This document shows positions 11,979 to 22,658 of a stretch of DNA of 47,272 nt, in pieces (the first letter of the stretch is position 1; each line of letters starts with the position of its first letter). Location: contig JAUCBJ010003852.1 of assembly GCA_032718475.1 (NCBI GenBank), positions 1-47,272 on the forward strand, read 5' to 3'. The DNA comes from Nemertoderma westbladi (Eukaryota; Animalia; Xenacoelomorpha). Below the pieces are notes generated by a model. It was not told the DNA's origin. It saw only the letters and a list, made by a program, of their open reading frames with translations, and made no database searches. The position numbers were made by a program, and so were the translations under genes.

Positions 11979-12624
11979 TACGTAATTGTATTCTTAAATT
12001 GGTACTTTTTTGTTGCTCAATTCTTTAATAAAACCTAGCTAAATAACCATGTCCAGTAATATAGTGTCATTTTCAGATGACACGGACCCCCCCCCCCCCC
12101 CCAGATTTTTCTACAAATCTTTATCATATTGCTTGAAATTTGAAACACAACTACTGTAGTTCCACTCACCGTCGATGACCCCATGAAGCCGGAATTTTTT
12201 ATTTTGCCTTTAAATTTTTTTATAAGCGTTTTAAAAAAGTGTATTTTGCGAAATCGCACCCTCTGTATGATTGCCGTTCTTCATATTAGTCGTAATTTTT
12301 TCATATCATTAAAAAGCTTGCGTTGCAAGGATTCCAAATATGTAGCAACATCTGAATTTCGTTGAGAAACCGCTGAGATATAGGCGTTCTTTATTTGTCA
12401 ACAAAAAGTATTGTTTCCATGACATTAATAATAACATTGCATTTAAATGGATAAGAGATTAATTAGATAATTTATAATACTACAGTAGCTACTACTACTA
12501 CTACTAGGTCGAGCGAACTCGGACAGTGATAATGAGATCCTTCCAGGCTTCCCGATTTTCAATAGTTGTCGCAATTTTGTTTCTCCCAAGTTCAGTATTC
12601 CTTTCAAGTTGATTTATATATGTT

Positions 12625-12706
12625 GGTTTGTGGGGCGAGCCACGAAGTTGGCGGAGCCTTAGCGAATTGACACTGTTAGGGGGTGGGTCAATTTATGCAA
12701 ATAGTT

Positions 12707-12771
<65 letters not shown>

Positions 12772-13605
12772 TACGATTTTGACATGCTAATAACTTTGTC
12801 GGATTTAAAGCTGCCAAGTTGAAAATTTGTAGGTATCAATATGAGCAAAAGTTGAGATTTTTGAGAGACTTTCAGACACCATCAGTGCAATGGTCTCCCG
12901 CTAGAGGGCCACATGTCTAAACATTAAATGCCCTCCCATTTCTTTGCTTTTAATCCGTTTAAGCTGAAACGTGGCAGATATGTATTAGACCATTAGCTGT
13001 GACTTTCAAAGGAGGCGAATCCATCTGCAGTTCTCCAGTCTGCCGCTAGAGGGCCAAAGGTCTGAAAGTGAAATCGTTGTTGTCGTTACGATTTTGACAT
13101 GCTAATAACTTTGTCGGATTTAAAGCTGCCAAGTTGAAAATTTGTAGGTATCAATATGAGCTAAAGTTGAGACGTTTGAGAGACTTTCAGACACCATCAG
13201 AGCAATAGTCTCCTGCTAGAGGGCCACATGTCTAAACGTTAAATGTCCTCTCATTTCTTTGCTTTTAATCCATTTATGCTGAAATTTGGCAGATATGTAC
13301 TAGACCATTAGCTGTGACTTTGAAAGAAGGAATTGAATTGAATTGAATTGAAGGCTAATCCGTGTGCAGTTCTTCAGTCTGCCGCTAGAGGGCGAAATGT
13401 TTGAAAGTGAAATCTTTCTCCCATCTCGTTATTTATGATCCGTTCAAGCTGAAACGTAGCAGATATGTAGTAGAAGTCGGCCTGAGTCTTTGGTGGGCAG
13501 TAAACGGTCTGGAGTCCTCCAGTCTGCCGCTAGAGGGCGAAATGTATAAGTTAATGTTAAGTATATGTTAAGTCACGTGATGCGCGAAGGCCCCACTTCG
13601 TGTAT
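12625..13605 (+). mobile_element. Helentron-associated (HINE/DINE-1-like) non-autonomous element with internal (TCG)n and tandem subrepeats
   Basis: 5' GTGGGGC and 3' GCCCCAC sub-terminal inverted motifs. Microsatellite near the 5' end. Internal ~315-bp duplication. Shares its head with the 15666 copy. Confidence 0.55.
12707..12771. repeat. (TCG)n microsatellite, ~21 units
   Basis: Directly visible. Confidence 0.98.
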
Positions 13606-13609
13606 ATAT

Positions 13610-14740
13610 ATGGCTATATGAGTTGGTTGCCAGAAAAGTAGATCTGGTATGACCTCGTCTTTACTTCGCCAGCAGTGCCCATTGAATCTTAATCTGCGTT
13701 CACGGACAGTGGTTGATACGGGTGGTATTGTACCATAAAGCTCGGCGTTTGTCATGTGTTGTCTCCAGCTGCTGTTTAGGGCTGCCCTTAGTAGTCTTGT
13801 GTAGCAACCATCAATTCGTTGTTCAAGTGATTTAGTCAGTGTCCAGGTCTCACCCCCGTATAAAAATACACTTTCCACTGTGGCTCGAAAGAACTTAGTC
13901 TTCAGGTGCCTGGAGAGATCTGATTTCCAGATGGTATCCATTTTTGATAGAGCTGCCCAAGCCTTTGCTTTCCTAACTTCTATGTCATTTTTGCTACTCT
14001 CTATCCATGATCCAAGGTACTGGAAGTCGTGGAAGACTGGACCTTCCTTAGTTGATTATTATCAATGGTTGTGAAGTTTCCATCAACATTAACGGTCATG
14101 AATTCGGTCTTAGTAGCATTTATATGCAATCCAACCTCCTTAGCAGCCCTCTCCACTTTATTTAGTAGAAGCTGTGCATCTGCAGGGCGATGTCATCCGC
14201 AAGTCGGAGTCTGTGACTGTAGTTGCCGGATATCTACTACTTCTGCGTTCTTGAAGTGTGAATCCCAGATATTCACCTTTTGTGGCCGTCCTCATTGTGT
14301 AATCCAGCACAATTACAAGTAGTAATGGTGCTAATGTGTCACCTTACAGTACGCCAGCCAGGATTGAGAAAAACGCAGTTTCACCATCTGGTGAGAGTAC
14401 CTGCGCTTCTGTGTCACAATATAACAATCCAATGCCAGAAACAATTACTTCTGGTATTCCATAAGCTCTTAGGATTTCAAGCATTTTACCTCTATGGATG
14501 GAGTCGAATGCCTTCTTGAAGTCCACAAAAGTCATGACTGCGGGGAAATTCTTTGACTTAATTCATTCAATCAGTCTCCGTAGTGCAAGTATCTTAGCTA
14601 TTGTTGATCTACTTGGTCGAAATCCGTTTTGGCTCTTACGCAGTAGTTTCTCTATGTGAGGCCTAATCATATATAGAATCATTTTATTGTATATTTTGGC
14701 AGCAACCACAGGCAGACAGATCCCACGATAGTTTGTTGGT
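13610..14740 (-). pseudogene. Decayed RTE-type LINE reverse transcriptase
   Basis: SQNGFRPSRST, FVDFKKAFDSIHR, LYGGETWTLT, RLRFNGHCWR across several frames with frameshifts and stops. Confidence 0.88.
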
Positions 14741-15209
14741 ATACCGGTATACAGGTAATAGTATTTTTTATACTAGCTAGTTTTTTCGAATTTTATAAAT
14801 GTTATAGAACAAGTAATAGTTATCAATTTTGTTACATATTTCTGTTCTAGAACACATTTTTTTTCAAGAACATTTTTTGGGAAAAATACCATACTACTTT
14901 CAGAAGGTCAAATATTTGTTCTAGAAAACAAAACCTCATGATAAAAGCCTTTTTATATTAAAAAAAAATGGTGAAACTATGGGTATCCAAGGTGTAGTAA
15001 TGCCCGTATTTCAGTATGGAAGAAGCTTCGATGGACGATATTTATGCTGAAATTGACCCAGATAAAAGTGAGAGAAGACTTACAACAAATAAAAGGCAAA
15101 AAAAAGTGGCAAAAGGTAACATTTTTTTGTCTTGCTTTCTTTTTTGTCTCGCTAAGCTCGCCAAATAATAACGCTCGACAAAAAAAGCCTACTTTTATGC
15201 CACCACTTA

Positions 15210-15420
15210 AATAGTTATTTGGGGGATGGATAATTTTTTTTTTTGGGGGGGGGGGGGTGAATAATTGTTTTTGGGGATGAATTATTGTTTTTGGGGGGTG
15301 AATGATTTATTGTTTTTGGTGAGAGAGATATTCAAAATTGGGGGATGTATATTGGTGCTACAAAAAAATATATTTGGTGCTAAATAATTTTTTTGGTGTG
15401 AAATCATCTAATTTGTGGTG
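15210..15420 (-). repeat. Degenerate minisatellite, reverse complement of the 11565..11840 motif
   Basis: Repeated ATT(A/G)TTTTTGGGG/GGTG motifs. Confidence 0.5.
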
Positions 15421-15665
15421 GAATTCAATTAGTGGCGATATAAAATTAAGGTACTGTAGCTGTCTGTAACTGTCTGTAACTGTCTGTAGCTGTAACTGTA
15501 CATGTATATTAGAGGTGGAAGTTGGTTTGGGTGAAATCTGTAACTCGGTACATTTATTTATCTGTGTAACATGCAAGTTAGAAATAATAGAGAATAATCA
15601 ATTAAAAGGTAGTTGGTGAATCGATTTTAGTTAACTTCCCAAAATACGCGAAATATATAATATAT

Positions 15666-15900
15666 TATTGTGGGGCGAGCCACGAAGTGAGTGAGCCTTA
15701 GCGTAGTGGTACCATTAATCAACCTGTCGTTCTGTCGTTCTGTCGCGTTTTTTTTCAGTATTTTATTTTAAACGTTAATAACTCGGCCAATCCTTGATGA
15801 AATCTATCCAAACTTGGTACACATGTTGTTTGGCAAAAGTTTGAAAATTTTCCAAGTAGAATTTGCGTGGGGCCTTCGTGCAGCATCAGTGTAACTGTTA
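15666..15900 (+). mobile_element. Short HINE-like element related to the 12625 copy
   Basis: Shared head TTGTGGGGCGAGCCACGAAGT..GAGCCTTAGCG, (CTGTCGTT)n, then AATAACT...AAACTTGG. Confidence 0.5.
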
Positions 15901-16344
15901 TTGCAGTTATAATAAATTTATTTATCCAAATTTAAAATGCGTTAAATTATTATTACTGTAGGATAAATCAGCTGGTTTTCTGACAAATTTTGCAATTCTG
16001 CATGTACCATGTGTACCGGTACTGTCAGGCTGTACTCAATCCCTGAATCGAGAATCCTGCTAGGGTGCATTTATAGTCAGATGCCGTCCGATCCGACCCG
16101 ATGCATTTCGGCAATTATTGTAGCTACAACTGTCAGACTGCAGACTGTACAAGCCTAGCTGCTTAGGCTAGGCCTACTTCTGTTTTGCCTAACACTGAAC
16201 GCAGTCTGGTTGTATGACTATTGCTGTATTGGCCTACCGGTATTGCATTAGGCTATTGTATTGTATATGGCATGGCAGTACTGCAGTATGCAGGTATGGC
16301 AGTACTGCAGTACACAGTATGGGATCATTCGTAGCTCTGTAGCT

Positions 16345-17200
16345 GACTGTGGTGTTCAGAAGGAAATCGGACGCGCGTTGGACTGTTGGATGTCCTGGAA
16401 TGGAGTCTACCGACCAACTTACAGGGTGAGGCTGTCCCTCTGCAGCTCTGATCCTGGGCGGTGGAGACTGTGCTGATGGCGGCGGAAGCGGGAAGACCGG
16501 GGCATTCTGTATCCCGATACTACAGCTGGTCCATGAAACTCTACGGTACAAACTCCGAGATGGAAAACTCGATGGGAAATCGGGGGGAAGAACTAGGCCT
16601 ACGAAATTTCAGTTGAACTCATTCGATAGAGCGATAGAGGTGACCAGTTGGCAGTTGGCCATCTCCCCGGACGGTTGCTGTGTCATGCGCGTGGCCAGAG
16701 GAGTTGGCACGGTCTGACGGTACCCGGACGACTAAAGGAATAGTCGGATCCGGTCGTTTCGTTACTATTCAGCTATTACGAGGCGACGGTAAAGGACGAG
16801 GTGCGAGGGCCCATGCCGGGTGCCGGGTTAGTTGGAGCACCGGAAGCGCGACACTCGATATCGGGACTGATAAAAATAGTTTTGGCTTCGGAGGAAACGG
16901 TAAGAAGTGTTTCGGGCGGCATTTTGACGACTATGGACAACCATATGGACTAGGCGACGTGATCGGTTATCGGATCGATCTGGATGTGGGCACAATTGGG
17001 TACCGGTACAGTAAAAACGGAAGTGATCTCGGGAAAGCTTTCGACAGTTCGAGATTCCCGCTAATTTACGCAAACTCCCGTTATTCCTGTATTCCCGCAG
17101 TCTGTGGTCTGTCGGTATCTTTAAAGAATGCTGAAATTATGTTTATTTTCGCCGAATTTATCCGTTTTTCTGCGCATCTTCTTTCCGGGTACACCATTGT
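16345..17200 (+). pseudogene. DDX1: Intronless, frameshifted fragment of DEAD-box helicase DDX1 (Q motif, motif I, SPRY domain)
   Basis: Across frames: CGVQKEIGRALD, EAVPL, ILGGGD, VLMAAEAGRP/SGKTGAFCIPILQLVHETL, QLNSFDR, CRVSWSTGSATLDIGTDKNSFGFGGNGKK, FDDYG, DVIG..IDLD, SKNGSDLGKAF, LKNAEI. A SPRY domain straight after motif I is diagnostic of DDX1. Confidence 0.9.
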
Positions 17201-17213
17201 ATCCCGGGCGCCG

Positions 17214-17395
17214 TTTTGTACCTACAATGTACCAAGTTGTGTAACTTTTGTACCCATTGTACCAAGTTGTGTACCTTTTGTACTTATTATGTACCAAGTT
17301 GTGTACCTTTTACACCTACTATGTATCAAGTTGCGTACATTTTGTACCTATTATGTAACAGTTGTGTATGGTCTTGTACCTATTTATGTTTCCTA
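17214..17395. repeat. ~30-32 bp minisatellite (TGTACCAAGTTGTGTACCTTTTGTACC...)
   Basis: About 5-6 visible copies. Confidence 0.85.
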
Positions 17396-17454
17396 AAGTA
17401 AAGATGTGTAATCTGATTATTAGCAAGTCGTTAGACTTGATTACTGTAAGAATT

Positions 17455-17582
17455 GTTGACTGACTGGCTGACTGGCTGGCTGGCTGACTGGCTGGCTGAC
17501 TGACTGATCTACAGCCAAAACTGCTCTAACGAATTTGATGAAATTTTCACAGCGACTAGATACCACGATTCTAAGGTCCCTG
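17455..17582 (+). repeat. (TGAC/TGGC)n microsatellite with HINE-like flank
   Basis: Tetranucleotide run followed by AAAACTGCT...GAATTTGATGAAATTTT. Abuts the 3' end of Copia pol. Confidence 0.55.
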
Positions 17583-20500
17583 GTCAGTTAAAAGTTCAAT
17601 AAAGACACGTGGGTCACTCAAGATCCGAGAAAGAATAGCAGATGCGGAACTCTTGGCTTTCGTTAGGGTATCTGCCAGCTGTAGTTTAGTAGGAACCCAT
17701 TTAAGTAGTTGAATATCTCCAATACGTTCTTTAATAAATGCAAAATCAATTGCAAGTCGCTTCTCTTGAGGAATTTTTCCACTGACAAGGTCGTAAACCA
17801 ACCCTTGATGGTCACAATAGTAGTAGACGTTTTTAACTTCAAGTTTTGTGATATTCTCAATGAGTATCTTGATATATTGCCCAATATCAACACCCTCGAC
17901 TAATGCATATGTTTCAGATGACAGTGTACTCTTCGTCACTCTCCTGGAGCAACGGCTAGACCAATAAACTAAGAATTGTCCCCAAAATACATAAACTGCC
18001 AATCGTGAAGGATTTCCGAATGCTGCATCAGTAAATACATGAAGATCAGGAAATTCATGCTCAACGCCAACGGATTCTGACGACACGGGTAGAAATTTCA
18101 ATGTAAAGGATTCCATTTGACTTCGTCTCACTTGTTTATTCAAGAGTCGAATATCGCTTGTTGTTGGCTTCGAGACTTGTGAGAGCGAGCCGATTTGAAA
18201 TGCCAAGTCAGGGCGACTATTTGAGACAATCCACATAAATTTTCCTAATAATGCACGAAACATATATTCAAAGTCGTCATCTGTTGCCAAATCGATTTCG
18301 TTGAGAGTTCGAATGTACTGGGTTTGAGACAATTCAAAACCACCATAGTCTAACTTTCGAATATGTACTCCAAGAAATTTAGTCCAACTGCTGCCAATCT
18401 GAACAATTTTACCAACTTTTAGCAATGTCTGCAGACCATCACAAACTTTAATCACTGATGATGGTAATCCAGCAACTAGAATATCATCCACATGTGTGGT
18501 AATAATACCACACAAATTTCCTTCCTCGTTATATGTCATGTACATGGCTGGATCAAAGAAACTTTGAATGTTTCCCAGTTGACGTAGATTGTCTTGAAGT
18601 TTCAAGAACCATTCTCGTGAAGCATCGGAAAGGCCGTAGACAACCTTCTTTAATTTCCAGAATCGAGGAGCATCAACGTTCTGAAACTCAACAGGTGGTT
18701 TAACATATACAGATCTATCTCTTGACAAATTACCACTTTGTAAGAAGGCAGTTTTTATATCAACAGCCCATATATTCCAGTCAAATATGGTTGCCAAGGA
18801 TAACAATATTCTCACTGAGAGACGGTCACAAGTTGGTGAGAATGATAAAGGGGTTTCTTTGTCTTCAAAGCCCCTGACTACTAGGCGGGCTTTAATAATT
18901 TTTTCATGCCCAATTTCTTTTTCAGTAATCACCCATCTAGTACTCATCAAGTTTGCATTTTGCGGTAACTCTTCTATTTCTTCAAACACATCATTCTCTC
19001 GCCAATTTTTAATCTCAATTTCTTTAGCCGTTTGAATATCACAGAGTCCATTCAAAGATGCTGTGTAACCAAAATACTCTGGTAGTTTATGTTCCCGCCT
19101 AGGATAACGGTATGTTTTAGGTTCTTCCTCGCGATCACCATCAGTAAATTCTTGATTCGTAGTGCTTGTATTATTATCTTCACTACTGCCATCACATTCC
19201 TTAGTCACATCGTTTGAAGTTGTCTTTGGCGACAGATCTCCAGTTTGATCAAGGCTAGATCCGTTATTAGCGGGATCAGAAATACTTGAGCCATTGTTTG
19301 AGTAAGATTCGACATCATGGGTAACAGGATTGGAGTCATTATTATTGCAAAAAGTAGAAATATTTTCCTGAACTGCAACATTATCATCATCGCATAGTTT
19401 GACACGTGATCTGTGTATTCGGAGGTATCTCGACCCATAGGATACAAGTACTTCAGGTCCATCTAGCGCTACAACTTTAGCTGGTCCATGCCAACTTTTA
19501 GAAATCATAACATAATAATAGACTAATGAACCAATTGAAATATTTTTACTGGATGGTCGAACATTCTTCAGAAGAGAACGGCGAATGCGATCAGAAGTAT
19601 CAGCTTTTGTAAATTCTTCACGGACCTGATTCAATAATTTAATGTGGTTGGTTACAGGCTGACTAATAGACATTACATTATCTATTGCACTTATGTTATC
19701 TGTCAAAAATCCACTGATGTTGGGTCCTCTACCCCACATGATTTGATGAGGTGAAAAGCCTAAATGATTGGGCCATGCATTCTTAATAAATGCAGCCATT
19801 CTCAATATCTTATTATCACTATAGTCGGGATGGTCAGATTTTATTCGACTGTAGATTTCCTTAATAAGTCCATTATGTCGTTCTGTGATACCATTACTGA
19901 ATGGTGCATATGGTGCAGTAACATTGTGGGATACATTCAATTTGTTACACAACTCTGTAAAACTGATAGCTGAGAACTCACCACCATTATCAGTTAGTAC
20001 AGCTTTACTAGGTGGTCCTAATAGATCACACCAACTGTCTAACAAAGCCCGTTGTACACTCATTGATGTTTTATCTGGTAAAGTAGAAATTATACTAAAA
20101 CGAGAAAATAGATCAATGATTTGAAGTACAGGAATGTTACCATTTGTGAAAAAGATATCCAACCCAATAATGTCATTACATGTTGAGGAAAGAGGAAGTG
20201 AAACGATTGGTTTGGATGGCTGTCTCTTGGACAACTGACAATCTGAGCAGTTGTCTGAGACTTTATTGATGATTTCATGCACATCTTCACTTACAACTAT
20301 GCCGGAGTCCTTGATTAATTTGATAAGGGTCTGTTTTGACGGGTGTGCAAATTGTTTATGAATTTTTATGATGTCATCCCTAGACATGCCTGTTTTTGAG
20401 ATCAGAACAGATTCTTTTTGAACTAAGGTTGGTTTGGACTCGTTTTTTGTTATAAGTGTAGGATATGCTTCGTCATTCATTAGCTCCTTTTCTGCTGTCT

Positions 20501-21008
20501 CCTGGCCAATAGGAACCAGTGGAATTGCGCAATGTCCAGACTTCAATTCTACCAACTTTACATGAGCACCTTTCACCGTTGCAGTGTTAGCCGAAATATC
20601 AAGCAGAATCTCTAGTTTTGCCATTGTTGGACGTGATAGTAGCAAAGGTAATGAAGAGCCCTCTATGATATCTACAGCAACTTTATAGATAACTGAACCA
20701 AGAGGAAGGTGGAGTATATAATTCTTCTGAGCTGATTTTCTTTCTCCACCCCCAAAGACATATATTGAATGACTTACAGTGTATGTCAGCTGTTGTGGAA
20801 ACACTTGTTTGTACTGGTTTAGCCACTGACTACCAGCAACAGTTTTAGTACATGCTGTGTCCAATATAGCATGTACTCCAGTAAAATCAGATATTGAATT
20901 AGGTCTAGATCTTGTACATGTGTAAGTTCCATTAATTTTGTTTTCATCCAGCTTTACTGTTAAAGCGCAGTTGTCAATGCTATCATTATGATGCTTTAAA
21001 TAGAACAC
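17571..21008 (-). CDS. Copia (GalEa) Pol: protease, integrase, RT, RNase H
   Basis: ILDTACTKTV (PR), HKQFAH..CSDC, TDNGGEF, SNGITERHN (IN), KARLVVRGFE, DIKTAFLQ, VYGL, HVDD (RT), FTDAAF, QLADTLTK (RH). 1145 codons uninterrupted. Confidence 0.96.
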   Translation of the reverse strand: MFYLKHHNDSIDNCALTVKLDENKINGTYTCTRSRPNSISDFTGVHAILDTACTKTVAGSQWLNQYKQVFPQQLTYTVSHSIYVFGGGERKSAQKNYILHLPLGSVIYKVAVDIIEGSSLPLLLSRPTMAKLEILLDISANTATVKGAHVKLVELKSGHCAIPLVPIGQETAEKELMNDEAYPTLITKNESKPTLVQKESVLISKTGMSRDDIIKIHKQFAHPSKQTLIKLIKDSGIVVSEDVHEIINKVSDNCSDCQLSKRQPSKPIVSLPLSSTCNDIIGLDIFFTNGNIPVLQIIDLFSRFSIISTLPDKTSMSVQRALLDSWCDLLGPPSKAVLTDNGGEFSAISFTELCNKLNVSHNVTAPYAPFSNGITERHNGLIKEIYSRIKSDHPDYSDNKILRMAAFIKNAWPNHLGFSPHQIMWGRGPNISGFLTDNISAIDNVMSISQPVTNHIKLLNQVREEFTKADTSDRIRRSLLKNVRPSSKNISIGSLVYYYVMISKSWHGPAKVVALDGPEVLVSYGSRYLRIHRSRVKLCDDDNVAVQENISTFCNNNDSNPVTHDVESYSNNGSSISDPANNGSSLDQTGDLSPKTTSNDVTKECDGSSEDNNTSTTNQEFTDGDREEEPKTYRYPRREHKLPEYFGYTASLNGLCDIQTAKEIEIKNWRENDVFEEIEELPQNANLMSTRWVITEKEIGHEKIIKARLVVRGFEDKETPLSFSPTCDRLSVRILLSLATIFDWNIWAVDIKTAFLQSGNLSRDRSVYVKPPVEFQNVDAPRFWKLKKVVYGLSDASREWFLKLQDNLRQLGNIQSFFDPAMYMTYNEEGNLCGIITTHVDDILVAGLPSSVIKVCDGLQTLLKVGKIVQIGSSWTKFLGVHIRKLDYGGFELSQTQYIRTLNEIDLATDDDFEYMFRALLGKFMWIVSNSRPDLAFQIGSLSQVSKPTTSDIRLLNKQVRRSQMESFTLKFLPVSSESVGVEHEFPDLHVFTDAAFGNPSRLAVYVFWGQFLVYWSSRCSRRVTKSTLSSETYALVEGVDIGQYIKILIENITKLEVKNVYYYCDHQGLVYDLVSGKIPQEKRLAIDFAFIKERIGDIQLLKWVPTKLQLADTLTKAKSSASAILSRILSDPRVFIELLTDQGP

Positions 21009-21943
21009 ATATCACCTATACTATGTTCTCTATCAACAATATCTGACGCTTCCTGGTCTATATCATCATGGGGACAAACTTCTGATGTGTGAAGGACTGA
21101 CTCACAAATATGACATTGTGATCTATGTGGACAGTCACGTTGAAAGTGACACTTTGAATCACAAACTCTGCACCGATTGAATTCACTTGGTCCAGATTTG
21201 AAAGTTACTTTGGATGTTCCGCCACTTCCATGACTATAATGTTCAGTAGTCGTACAGGTACCACTGTTATTACCAGATTTATTGTTAATAAACTTGTTAG
21301 ATTTATGTTTGAATGAACGGTATTTTGCTGCTGATGCAGCCATAGCAAGTTCAGTTTTAATCTCTGTAACACCATTTTGGGCCGATGACATGCCAGAACC
21401 AATATCTGACATTATGCGTAGTAGATGGCGTTTCATATCGTTAACCTCTAGTTTGGCTGTTGCAAGAATCATTTTTCGTTCAGTAGCATCTAAGTTTGCT
21501 TTATGTAACATCTCTGCAGCTAATATAGTGTCGTTAAAATTTAAATTGAATTCTTTAAGAAGTGAAATATAACTTTCAAATTTAATGATGAACTGGCGTA
21601 TATTTTCAGTAGATTGACGTTCAAAGTATCTAAACTTTACAAAATTAGTGTAAGCATCTTCATCGTGATCTTTAAGAAAAGTAGTGTCTAGTGATTGAAT
21701 AAGAATATCGACACCATCATCTCCTGCCAAGGACTCAATATCCAAATCTAGCGCTTTGTCCTTTGCAATGTTACGAAGTGACAATATAATATTAGCAGCA
21801 CGTTTGTTCTTAGGAACCTCTGTAACAGTCTGCCACACCACAATTTCTTTCTTCCAGCGACGGTAGTTGGAATCAGATAGAGATGGATCGAATATTGGTG
21901 GAGAAACTCGGTAGTGATTGTGATTAGAATTGTCGGACATCAT
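20996..21943 (-). CDS. Copia (GalEa) Gag with two CCHC zinc knuckles
   Basis: PPIFD..YRRWKKEIVVW N-terminus. Knuckles CRVCDSKCHFQRDC and CHICESVLHTSEVC. Confidence 0.92.
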   Translation of the reverse strand: MMSDNSNHNHYRVSPPIFDPSLSDSNYRRWKKEIVVWQTVTEVPKNKRAANIILSLRNIAKDKALDLDIESLAGDDGVDILIQSLDTTFLKDHDEDAYTNFVKFRYFERQSTENIRQFIIKFESYISLLKEFNLNFNDTILAAEMLHKANLDATERKMILATAKLEVNDMKRHLLRIMSDIGSGMSSAQNGVTEIKTELAMAASAAKYRSFKHKSNKFINNKSGNNSGTCTTTEHYSHGSGGTSKVTFKSGPSEFNRCRVCDSKCHFQRDCPHRSQCHICESVLHTSEVCPHDDIDQEASDIVDREHSIGDMCSI

Positions 21944-22009
21944 GCTTATTGCTTACAAACAGTTAACAGGATTGAGTATATCGAGTTTTAGACTGTAATA
22001 CTGTAGGTA

Positions 22010-22236
22010 CTGTCGTAAGGCTTCTCTATATTATCGGTAGCCTTATGTAGGTCTTGTTACCGGTAAAATATCAGAAGTAGTGCAGAAGGAAGACTGTCGT
22101 AAGGCTTCTCTATTATCGGATTATCGGTAGCCTTATGTAGGCCTTGTTACCGGTAAAATATCAGAAGTAACGCAGAAGGAAGCCAATAAGGTCTTGTTAC
22201 CGGTAAAATATCAGAAGTAACGCAGAAGGAAGCCAA
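22010..22236. repeat. Tandem repeats in the Copia 5' UTR (~85-bp and 50-bp units)
   Basis: CTTGTTACCGGTAAAATATCAGAAGTA occurs three times. GCCATCAC also occurs four times at 22367..22449. Confidence 0.85.
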
Positions 22237-22466
22237 TAGCCGGACAGTTTAATCGAGGATTAGACAGTCAGTAGGTACCGGTACCTACCGGAAGTTCTGT
22301 AGTACAGCAACAAAAGCTGGATAGCGCCGTCACGCAATACTGCAATAGAAGATGCAGGAAACTTGCGCCATCACGCGAGCGAGAATGTATGAAAGTGCCA
22401 TCACACTCTCAACATAAATCAGTGCCATCACACTGTGTAGTGCCATCACACTATGAGATCGATGAA

Positions 22467-22478
22467 GCTCTGCTACCA
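22467..22478 (-). promoter_or_regulatory. Primer-binding site complementary to initiator tRNA-Met
   Basis: TGGTAGCAGAGC on the minus strand, 2 nt after the LTR end. This is the characteristic GalEa PBS. Confidence 0.9.
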
Positions 22479-22480
22479 TT

Positions 22481-22631
22481 TGTTATTTCAGTAATTCGTA
22501 TAATATTCTGATAATAACATGACTACAGAATAACAGTAATCACATGCAGAAAGAACAACATAACGATACCGGTAGGTATATAATACAGTAGTGATAGATC
22601 CCAGTGCAAACGGTAGTTGCATATAATAACA
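22481..22631 (-). mobile_element. 5' LTR of the Copia element (~151 bp)
   Basis: Inverted termini TGTTATT...AATAACA next to the PBS. The far boundary is inferred from the terminal repeat alone. Confidence 0.65.
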
Positions 22632-22658
22632 ATTAAGACAACTTATGGCGCTGTACAC

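Larger units (their letters stand above)
17571..22631 (-). mobile_element. Ty1/Copia LTR retrotransposon, GalEa clade, 3' LTR missing
   Basis: Order 5' LTR, PBS TGGTAGCAGAGC, gag, PR-IN-RT-RH. Confidence 0.9.

Noticed and set aside
12628-12822. Poly-arginine protein ORF
   Set aside because: It is a translation of the (TCG)n microsatellite.
15015-15114. Possible small exon MEEASMDDIYAEIDPDK
   Set aside because: It is too short, the splice signals are weak, and nothing else supports it.
20993-20999. TTTAAAG as a canonical -1 slippery heptamer at the gag/pol junction
   Set aside because: It is phased T TTA AAG in the pol frame, not the gag frame, and it overlaps the gag stop.
17663-21572. Short ORFs overlapping Copia gag/pol, and similar ones over the RTE and BEL ORFs
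   Set aside because: They are antisense or alternate-frame shadows with no motifs.
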